Made by a program: the position numbers and the translations under genes. 16,058 nucleotides of DNA from Planctomycetota bacterium (GTDB taxonomy: Bacteria > Planctomycetota > GCA-002687715 > DRQF01). Location of the stretch: NCBI GenBank assembly GCA_027001995.1, contig JALTLO010000088.1:61277-77334 (forward strand), in the 5' to 3' direction. Each line of letters begins with the position of its first letter. Within the stretch, counting starts at the first letter, position 1. Under the pieces are notes generated by a model. That model had not been told where the DNA came from. It worked only from the letters and a program-made list of their open reading frames with translations, and searched no databases. Positions 8,274-15,313 of the stretch are shown here, piece after piece.

Positions 8274-8993
8274 ATGAAAACCGCTGTGACACGTCTGTTC
8301 GTCTTTGCCGTAAGTGCTTTATTCTTAGGAGGCTTATGTGCATGCCGTGACGATCTTGATCTTGAAACTGCTCAGGCGGTTCTGGTCAAGGACAATCGCA
8401 GGAAGCACCCATCCATCTATCAACCGGACCGTGATCAAAAGCGCTCGCCAGAGGTTTTTGAGGTGAAATTTCGGACCGCCAAGATCGGTAACTTTGTCAT
8501 TGAGGTCCACAGATCCTGGGCTCCCAGGGCGGCGGACCGCTTCTACAACTTGGTGGAAGCAGGTTTCTGGAAGGGAACATCCTTCATTCGGGTGATTCGT
8601 GGTCATGTGGTTCAATGGGGGATTCATGGCAACCCCATCGTGACGAAGTCTTGGCAAGAACAGGCATTCGACCCAGATCCTGTGGTGAAAACGAATAAGG
8701 CCGGATATGTGGCATTTGCTCCGGAAATCGGAACAGGTAAACCAGCGACGCAGATTTTGGTCAACCTCAGCGACCATCCCGATTATGACAAGGTTGGCTA
8801 TGCGCCCTTCGGCAGAATTACCCAAGGGTTTGACGTCTTGAATCGTTCTTTTGGACGTTATGGGGAATTTAAGGAAATTGGCAACAAGGACGGCATCAGT
8901 GTTAAGATGGTGGTCAAAAGAGGTGAACCCTACTTGGAACGCAACTTTCCCTTACTCACCAAGATTCGTTCAGCGCAGCTCACGGTCAAGTGA
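8274..8993 (+). CDS. Cyclophilin-type peptidyl-prolyl cis-trans isomerase, probable lipoprotein
   Basis: AGGAG RBS upstream and lipobox-like LGGLCA|C. Cyclophilin motifs G.FVIEVHRSWAPRAADRFYNLV..GFW, F.RVI.G.VVQWG, N..GYVAFA, TQILVNL and GYAPFG.I..G. Confidence 0.88.
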   Translation: MKTAVTRLFVFAVSALFLGGLCACRDDLDLETAQAVLVKDNRRKHPSIYQPDRDQKRSPEVFEVKFRTAKIGNFVIEVHRSWAPRAADRFYNLVEAGFWKGTSFIRVIRGHVVQWGIHGNPIVTKSWQEQAFDPDPVVKTNKAGYVAFAPEIGTGKPATQILVNLSDHPDYDKVGYAPFGRITQGFDVLNRSFGRYGEFKEIGNKDGISVKMVVKRGEPYLERNFPLLTKIRSAQLTVK

Positions 8994-8996
8994 GGA

Positions 8997-10028
8997 CTAC
9001 CACCAACGGTGTTTGGCAGCTTGGGGGAAGAGGTCGCATAAGTAGTCGGCGAAGTCGTCTTGTTCTGGGAACATGAAATGCCTCATCAAAAACGTTTCTA
9101 AGGCCAAGCGCATGGCTTTGGCAGAGCGATAACGTTCATGTTTGTCGATTGAAACCGCTTTCATGATGATTTTCGATAGGTCAGCGGGGACGTTGCTATC
9201 CACCTCCATGGGAGGGATGACTCTTTTGTTTTTCAAGTCATTCAGCAACATTTTTGTATCGCCCACCTCATGGGCCAATTGGTGGGTGAAGAGCTCGTAC
9301 ATCACCAAGCCCATGGAGTAAATGTCGGAACGGACTTCCGTACCTTCCCGGCGTACCTGCTCTGGGGCCATGTAAGGGTATTTTCCGAACACCACAACTT
9401 TCTCATCGTCGAATTCATTCAGTTTCGACTTGGCTACACCGAAATCCGTGAGCTTGGGAATGCCCCGAAAGGAGATGAGAATGTTACTGGGACAGATATC
9501 ACGGTGGATGATACCCATGTGTTGGCCATCTCGGTTGTGCCGCCGATGGGCGTAGTGCAAGCCAGAAAGAACACGGGTGATGATGTAGACACCGTACTTG
9601 ATGGCGACATTTTGATCGAGTTCCTGGAGGCGCTCGATGAGGTCCAAGACCGTCACACCGAAGACGTGCTCCATGATAATGAAGAACTCTCGTCGGGTCT
9701 CTCCCAACTGATAGACCTGGACGATGTTCGGGTGATTCAAACCACCGCAGAGGCGTGCTTCGTCCAAGAACATGGCCCGATCACTCTCATAGCGCACTTT
9801 GTTCTTGGGAAGCACCTTGATGGCCATGAGTTTGGTGAAACCGAATGCTCCGGCTTTTTCTGCCAAGTAGACTCGGCCCATTCCCCCAGCTCCTAAGAGA
9901 CGTAAGATCTCATAGCGGCCACTTCCTCGAATCACCCGTCCTGGGCCGATTTCGCTGCGGAAACGGTCTAAGAAACCTGGGCGGCCTTCAGGAAATAGGG
10001 GGTTGGTTGTGCGTTTTTGATCACTCAT
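8997..10028 (-). CDS. Hanks-type Ser/Thr protein kinase, catalytic domain only
   Basis: LGAGGMGRVYLA, MAIK, FLDEA, HPNIVQV, IIHRDICPSN, LTDFGVAK, GKYPYMAPEQ, SDIYSMG and ERY are all present. No transmembrane segment. Confidence 0.95.
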   Translation of the reverse strand: MSDQKRTTNPLFPEGRPGFLDRFRSEIGPGRVIRGSGRYEILRLLGAGGMGRVYLAEKAGAFGFTKLMAIKVLPKNKVRYESDRAMFLDEARLCGGLNHPNIVQVYQLGETRREFFIIMEHVFGVTVLDLIERLQELDQNVAIKYGVYIITRVLSGLHYAHRRHNRDGQHMGIIHRDICPSNILISFRGIPKLTDFGVAKSKLNEFDDEKVVVFGKYPYMAPEQVRREGTEVRSDIYSMGLVMYELFTHQLAHEVGDTKMLLNDLKNKRVIPPMEVDSNVPADLSKIIMKAVSIDKHERYRSAKAMRLALETFLMRHFMFPEQDDFADYLCDLFPQAAKHRWW

Positions 10029-10036
10029 CGCGGCCT

Positions 10037-10045
10037 ATGATAGCA
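10037..10045 (-). promoter_or_regulatory. Extended -10 element immediately upstream of the kinase start (possible leaderless mRNA)
   Basis: The minus strand reads TGC-TATCAT, then 8 nt (AGGCCGCG), then ATG. The upstream gap is pyrimidine-rich with no clear Shine-Dalgarno. Confidence 0.45.
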
Positions 10046-10077
10046 AGTGGATGGAGGCAGGACGATGGATGATGGAA

Positions 10078-11577
10078 TCAGAGTTTTTTGTACCACTTTT
10101 TGATGACCTCACATGCGGGCTTCCCGTGGACCGTATATTGCCTTTTGTCGTCTTTGTCCTTGTTGCGCCACCAAGTGTAGAAGAATGCACCCCTGAATCT
10201 TGGGGCGCCGTTTTGCCAGACTCGAAACCAAGCTTCGTAACAGTCGGCCTGCTCTTTCCAGTCAACCTTTTGAGGGCTGACATAGTCCCAAGGGTCCTTG
10301 TTGATGCCGTCCAAACTGGCATACCCCATTTCACTGAAGAAATAGGGTTTCTTTTCATTGGCTAAGGTCATCTCTAATTCTTTGCGAACTCGTCTCCAAG
10401 CTTGGGTTAATTCCTCGATGGAGGGATCGTCCTTTTTCGTCAGGCTGTGGTAGCCCGTCATGCCGATGGCGTCCAAATCATCCCACCATTGGATGACGTT
10501 GAGGTGATCCCAGTTGGCGGAGTAACTGAGGAGGCCAGAGAAACGTCGCCGAACTGAACGGATGACCTGACGCCAATGGGGCTCGTCTCTTTCTAATGAT
10601 GAAAATTCAGACCCGACGAGGAGTTCGTCTGCATGGTTCTCTTCGGCCAAGCTGGCGAAGGCTCCCATGAACTCTTGATAAGAAAGGAACCAGTCATCTT
10701 GGTCCTTAGGTTTGATGTCGCCACGCCAATGATCGTCCGTTGGTTTCCACAAAAGTACGATAGGCATGATGGCCACCCGTAGTCCTAGGGATTTTGCTTG
10801 TCGTATGACACGCCCTACCATGGGCAACGACGTGGAGCGGGTTTTCTTGGGGACCATTTCGCAACTGGTAAAATGATCAAGGAACCAAGGGGTGATGAGC
10901 AGGATGTCGGTGGCTCCTATGGCCACTTGTTCCCGCAAGAAGGGCTGGTAGTCGTAGTTGTCATCCCGGGAGTAAAGCCCCAAAGAGAACCCCTTGATAG
11001 GGTGGGCGGTCGGGGTTGGTTTCTTTTGACGGAGCTTGCGCCAAAATCCGGCTTTCCTTTTCTTCGCATCTTCTTCTGCGCCTCTGAGCTCCTGGGCGAA
11101 GCGCTTGTTCTTATCTGGTTCCAAGAAAGCTCCTAACCCAAGTTTGAGCATTTCTTGGTTGAGAAAGGCACCGGATGGGGTCCTGGCGTAAGCTAGGGTC
11201 TCAAAGCGTGCGTTTTTTCTGTTGTCATCAAAGGTCAGGGTCACATCTTGTCCCAGGGCGATCTTTTCCAGGGCGGCTTGTGATTCTTGGGCCCAGGCCT
11301 GGCTCCAGGAAAGCCCATGGGCAGGAGCATCGACACCAATGAGGCGGATGGTGTGGTCTCCTTCCACTTTGAAGGTCTCTCCCGACAAGACTTGGGTGAC
11401 TTTAGTTTCGCAGCGCATCGACTGTCTTTTATTCTTCGGAACGGCTTCAAAGTTCTTGCTGTGCTGTTCAAGTCCGGCGTCATCGGTCCAAACATAGGTT
11501 TGGGCCCCAAGCTGGGAAGCGAGGAAGAGAAAAAGGAACCCGGGGAACCAGTAGATGGGGTTTGGGGCGCTTGACAC
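10078..11577 (-). CDS. Exported fusion protein: short DUF4124-like segment + thermonuclease (SNase)-fold domain + GH113-like glycoside hydrolase TIM barrel
   Basis: Start re-called at GTG 11577 (or TTG 11580) behind AGGAAAGGGA, with signal ending LGA|QT. YVWTDDAG is DUF4124-like. SNase pattern: VTQVLSGETF...IRLIGVDAP...LAY...LNQEMLKLGLG...AEEDAKKRKAGFW. GH113-like pattern: WRGDIKP, WF.SY, VGSEF, SYSANWD, WWDDLDAIG..GY, FSEMGY, QADCYEA. Confidence 0.8.
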   Translation of the reverse strand: MSSAPNPIYWFPGFLFLFLASQLGAQTYVWTDDAGLEQHSKNFEAVPKNKRQSMRCETKVTQVLSGETFKVEGDHTIRLIGVDAPAHGLSWSQAWAQESQAALEKIALGQDVTLTFDDNRKNARFETLAYARTPSGAFLNQEMLKLGLGAFLEPDKNKRFAQELRGAEEDAKKRKAGFWRKLRQKKPTPTAHPIKGFSLGLYSRDDNYDYQPFLREQVAIGATDILLITPWFLDHFTSCEMVPKKTRSTSLPMVGRVIRQAKSLGLRVAIMPIVLLWKPTDDHWRGDIKPKDQDDWFLSYQEFMGAFASLAEENHADELLVGSEFSSLERDEPHWRQVIRSVRRRFSGLLSYSANWDHLNVIQWWDDLDAIGMTGYHSLTKKDDPSIEELTQAWRRVRKELEMTLANEKKPYFFSEMGYASLDGINKDPWDYVSPQKVDWKEQADCYEAWFRVWQNGAPRFRGAFFYTWWRNKDKDDKRQYTVHGKPACEVIKKWYKKL

Positions 11578-11600
11578 CAATCGTGTCCCTTTCCTATCAT
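11571..11600 (+). promoter_or_regulatory. Near-consensus sigma70 promoter for the 11663-14046 gene pair
   Basis: TTGACA (11571-11576), 18-nt spacer, TATCAT (11595-11600), about 60 nt upstream of ATG 11663. Confidence 0.6.
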
Positions 11601-11662
11601 GGCCTGTGCGGCCGATTGTGATTTTGCCCTGCTGCAAGTATCAGTTCTTTCTGGAGTTAGAG

Positions 11663-13450
11663 ATGTCGAGGCTGCAGGCTATTGCCCGCCGAGATTTGCC
11701 AGGCTGGATCCTCTTGGCCCTTGGCATTTTGCTCGTGATCCAACTGGCTCCTGAGTCTATGACTTTTAGGTCTGTTATTCATACGGGGGATGTCACCGGG
11801 GGCGCCAGTCCATTTTTGCCACTTTTTTCTTGGCTTGGGGCCTCCTTACCTTCCTTGCGAACTTTTCATGGGCCCGTCTCACTCTTGAACTTCGGGTTAG
11901 ATTGGCTCATCGCATTGGGGATGTTCTATTGCGTCTGGCGTCTGACCAGGAACCGCGTTGTTTCTTTGGGAGCGGGTTTTCTTATGGCCGCCCACCCCAT
12001 GGCCATGGGAGCCATGCTTGAGCCAGCGGGATTGCGAGACTTGGTGGCCATGGCCTTTATTGCCTGGCTCTTGGCGCTCAACGCCCAACCACGTTTTCGC
12101 TCAAGTCGGTTTCCTAATTTGCCGCCCCCAGCCAGCTCAAAGCTGAAGACAGCGTTGATGGGCCTGGGCATCCTTTCTGCTCCAGGGGTGTGGATAGCTC
12201 CTCTGCTGCTTTTGGCCATGGACATCCCCTTTCATCGGGAACCGGGCCGCGGTCCCATGGATCGAAACTGGCGTTCGTATTTGCCCCACGGAATCTGCCT
12301 TGTCTTAGGTCTTTTGCTCGAAGTTTTTTGGGGAGCAACAGCTCAATCTGTGGGGATGACCCATCAAGTGGTTGGTTTCTCTGAGAACCTCAACGGTTTG
12401 TTCTTGGGAGCCGAAACGTCATCATTGTGGTCGGCATGGGCCATTTTCTTTATCGTCATTGTGGCTGTTGCAATTGGGGTTTTGGAGGCCCTCTTTGACA
12501 TGGGGCGCCGCCGTTTGACTTTGCCTTATGTGGGATTCGCTGGCTTTGCCGCCGCCGTTGCCTTTTGTGCTTCTGCCGTGAGTCCTGACGCTCGCCTGAC
12601 CGGCGGAGCTTGGATGGCGTTCTTTGGGTTTGCGGTTTTGATTCCCATTGTCGGGTGGCGCATCCTCATGAGTTTCTTTCCTCCACAAGAACCGATGGCC
12701 GTGGCCCAACCTCGCCGTCTATCGTGGCCAGAGTTAGTGGCTCAAACTGGCCTTACACCTCTTCCGGATTTAGGCGCGATTCCACCAGCACCCCGCTTGG
12801 AAGAATGGCAACAAGTGCCCTTACTTCCCGGTGGTGAATCAAAGGACTTGGAAAGTTCTGGAGTCGATGGGGGAGTCCGTGAGAGTCTGGCGGAAGCCTT
12901 GGGGCGTATTGGTGTTTCCATGCAGGGTATCGGTGAGAAGAAGCCAAGCTGGGATGCTGGGTTCTGTCGACAAGAACTTGAACCTTTGCTCACCCCTAAC
13001 ACCAAAGTTTTGGCGTTCTTGCCTTCTCGTTCCCCCTACGCTGCTATGGCCGCCTCTCTTTGCGGGTCGATGACGATTCTCGAGCGCGGGGACTCTGGCT
13101 TTCCCGGTTTAGAGGGATTCGATCACGTCCATCTCTTTGACTACGATGGCCGTCGCCCTTGGCCTGCCCCGGATCAGAGCTGTGATCTCATTTTTTCTTT
13201 GGGTGTCTTATCGCAAATTCGCACCCCGGAATTGCAGGGGGTTTTGGCGGAGTTTGAGAGAATCTTGAGCCCGGAAGGGGAAGCGCTCCTGGTTTTCAAG
13301 CATATGGACACGGAGGGTGGGGAAGATGACAACCCACTGCCTGTCGAAATGGCTGCTGATTTTTGTCGGCAAGCCGGGTTGCCGGTGGACTCTACTGCCG
13401 AAGCCATCAACGGACACTTTCTCATTCGCGTGAGGAGGAAGAGGGCGTGA
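11663..13450 (+). CDS. Polytopic membrane protein (degenerate GT-C/TMTC-like N-domain) fused via a Pro-rich linker to a class I SAM-methyltransferase-fold domain
   Basis: GGAG RBS at 11653-11656 precedes ATG 11663. About 9-10 hydrophobic segments. LMAAHPMAMGAMLEPAGLRDL resembles the GT-C 'FA.HP...E.V....GR.DL' motif. C-terminal WPAPDQSCDLIFSLGVL...LAEFERILSPEGEALL resembles Methyltransf_11. Confidence 0.68.
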   Translation: MSRLQAIARRDLPGWILLALGILLVIQLAPESMTFRSVIHTGDVTGGASPFLPLFSWLGASLPSLRTFHGPVSLLNFGLDWLIALGMFYCVWRLTRNRVVSLGAGFLMAAHPMAMGAMLEPAGLRDLVAMAFIAWLLALNAQPRFRSSRFPNLPPPASSKLKTALMGLGILSAPGVWIAPLLLLAMDIPFHREPGRGPMDRNWRSYLPHGICLVLGLLLEVFWGATAQSVGMTHQVVGFSENLNGLFLGAETSSLWSAWAIFFIVIVAVAIGVLEALFDMGRRRLTLPYVGFAGFAAAVAFCASAVSPDARLTGGAWMAFFGFAVLIPIVGWRILMSFFPPQEPMAVAQPRRLSWPELVAQTGLTPLPDLGAIPPAPRLEEWQQVPLLPGGESKDLESSGVDGGVRESLAEALGRIGVSMQGIGEKKPSWDAGFCRQELEPLLTPNTKVLAFLPSRSPYAAMAASLCGSMTILERGDSGFPGLEGFDHVHLFDYDGRRPWPAPDQSCDLIFSLGVLSQIRTPELQGVLAEFERILSPEGEALLVFKHMDTEGGEDDNPLPVEMAADFCRQAGLPVDSTAEAINGHFLIRVRRKRA

Positions 13451-14046
13451 GCAATCAAGATAAGAAGAAGGAACCGTCCATGGCCGAAGAGTTGGAAACG
13501 ATTGCCGCGGGCCTCAATCGGCGGGAAGAACAACTCGATAGCCTTGAGGCGAAATTGGAGCAAGCGGTTCGCGATCTGGGACTTGACCTTCACTCTATTG
13601 AACTGCCGGAGAACAAGGGGGCTATCTTGGATGAAGTTCCTGAGGAGGATGACCAAGACCTTGATGCTGCCGAAAAGGAGGTACTTCCTCCTTCCCCAAA
13701 TGCCTTCCCATCATTGCCAAATCCTGCGGCAGCAGAGCCTATTCAAGAGCAAGCCCAGCATCCTATTGTCTTACGCGATCCGGCGGTCATTGAGCTTTTG
13801 AAGCAATCTGCTGGCATGGCCCAAAGGCAAGAGCATACGCGGATCAGCATTGAGAACTTGGACCGTAAGATCGACGTCTTGGCCACAGAACTGAGGCAAT
13901 GGCGCATGGAAGATGATTCTCGCCTCGCTCAAATGGAAGATGCCAAGGGGCAACTCTGGGGCATGTCGCTTGTTGAGATCAAAAGGCTCTTGGGGATGGC
14001 CGGCATTTTCGCTGCCATCGTCTTAGTCTGGTATCTCTTCACTTAG
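13447..14046 (+). CDS. Hypothetical acidic coiled-coil protein with a single C-terminal transmembrane anchor
   Basis: The GTG start overlaps the upstream stop (GTGA at 13447-13450) behind GAGGAGG. Two coiled-coil-like segments flank an acidic/Pro-rich linker. It ends in LLGMAGIFAAIVLVWYLFT-stop. Confidence 0.75.
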   Translation: MSNQDKKKEPSMAEELETIAAGLNRREEQLDSLEAKLEQAVRDLGLDLHSIELPENKGAILDEVPEEDDQDLDAAEKEVLPPSPNAFPSLPNPAAAEPIQEQAQHPIVLRDPAVIELLKQSAGMAQRQEHTRISIENLDRKIDVLATELRQWRMEDDSRLAQMEDAKGQLWGMSLVEIKRLLGMAGIFAAIVLVWYLFT

Positions 14047-14068
14047 AGTGCTTTTTGTCAGGGGGGAT

Positions 14069-15313
14069 TTAGAGACTGCCCGCCAAAGTACGTCCCCGTT
14101 GTTCATCTACTCTTCCTAACAGAAGGAAACTCAAGACGAAGCAACCCAGGAAATAGGCGATCCCACTTTCTAATCTTTCATTGGTAACCATGAGCAGACC
14201 CAGGTTCCCCAAGGGTGCCAAAATCGCTGCGACTCGCCCAAAGAAGCCCCAAAAGCCAAAAATCTCGCCACTTTTTCCTTTGGGGGTGAGGAGGGCGACC
14301 GTGGCTCGAATGGTGGACAAAGACGCTCCCATGGCGAAACCTGCAATCAGAGCCGCCGCCCAAAATCCCAGTCTGTCACTCTTCAGCAAGAGAAGAGCTC
14401 CAGCGACACCCCAAAATAGAGTCGTCAGACGAACTGTGTTCGTGCTGCCAATGCGATGGGCTATGTGGCTGCTTGAAAGGGCGCCGACGAAGGCCGAGAT
14501 TTGGCTGACCAAGAGGATAAGAGTGACATCCTTTTGGCTGAGGCCCGCTAACTTGGTGCCGTAGATGCCAGCATATTGAATGACGCCGTAGATGCCGATT
14601 TGCAGGACCAAGGCTGCGACAAAGAAGCGAAACAGATCGGGAAGTTGTGAGCGATCTTTGAGGGTTTTGGCTGATTCCGCCATGCCCGCAGAAATGGCCT
14701 GGGACATAGGCATGCTCCTAGTTTGCTTCTCTTTGACGAAAAGGAAAGTCGGCGTACCACCGATTAAAAAGAAGGCCGCTACGATCAGGCCACAGGATTG
14801 GCCTCCCCACCCTTTATCCAGGGCGAACCAGCAGAGTCCAAGGGCCAAGAGCCCGCCAATGTAACCAACACCCCAACCCCAAGAAGAAACCTTGGCGATG
14901 TCCTTTGGCTCCACCAGATCCGGCAAGAATGCTGAGATCAAGTTTTCGCCGCTGGCGAAAGCGGCGTTGGCCAAGATCACCAGGGTGAGAGCCAAAATCA
15001 CGTCCCCAGGGCCAAGAAAAGACAAACTCGCTGTCAGCACGATACAAGTAAGGAAACTTGCCAAGAGGAATCGTTTCTTCCGTCCGCTGTAGTCGGCAAT
15101 GGCGCCGATGACCGGTGCGGTCAAGATGACGATGAAGTTGGAGATCAGAAGGCCAATGCTCCAAAGCTTGGTTCCTGATTCCGGGGCAATGGTGGTGACG
15201 AAGTAAACGTTGAAAACCGCGGTGATGATGACGGTTGTGAAGGAGGAGTTGCCAAAATCGAAGAGGCACCAAGAGGCCACCGCTTTTCGCTGACTGACAC
15301 TTTCTTCAGTCAT
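14069..15313 (-). CDS. MFS transporter, UMF1/ATG22-like family
   Basis: Start re-called at ATG 15313 (ATGACTGA overlap with the upstream stop). SWCLFDFGNSSFTTVIIT, APVIGAIADYSGRKK, AFLPDL...KVSSWGWGVGYIGG and SGEIFGFW..GR are present. About 12 TM segments. Confidence 0.88.
   Translation of the reverse strand: MTEESVSQRKAVASWCLFDFGNSSFTTVIITAVFNVYFVTTIAPESGTKLWSIGLLISNFIVILTAPVIGAIADYSGRKKRFLLASFLTCIVLTASLSFLGPGDVILALTLVILANAAFASGENLISAFLPDLVEPKDIAKVSSWGWGVGYIGGLLALGLCWFALDKGWGGQSCGLIVAAFFLIGGTPTFLFVKEKQTRSMPMSQAISAGMAESAKTLKDRSQLPDLFRFFVAALVLQIGIYGVIQYAGIYGTKLAGLSQKDVTLILLVSQISAFVGALSSSHIAHRIGSTNTVRLTTLFWGVAGALLLLKSDRLGFWAAALIAGFAMGASLSTIRATVALLTPKGKSGEIFGFWGFFGRVAAILAPLGNLGLLMVTNERLESGIAYFLGCFVLSFLLLGRVDEQRGRTLAGSL

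Noticed and set aside
9270..9896. 208-aa antisense ORF within the kinase, and similar shadow ORFs (6096-6650, 8334-8825, 13174-13656, 14814-15272)
   Set aside because: They lie wholly or largely within well-supported genes, have no recognisable motifs, and are expected by-products of codon bias.
10078..10998. GH113-like barrel as a phage/GTA tail component
   Set aside because: There are no phage structural genes, integrase or att-like sites nearby, and the protein has a signal peptide.
11555..11662. Overlapping 5' ends of ORFs 10078-11637 (-) and 11555-13450 (+)
   Set aside because: RBS-supported starts at 11577 and 11663 remove the overlap.
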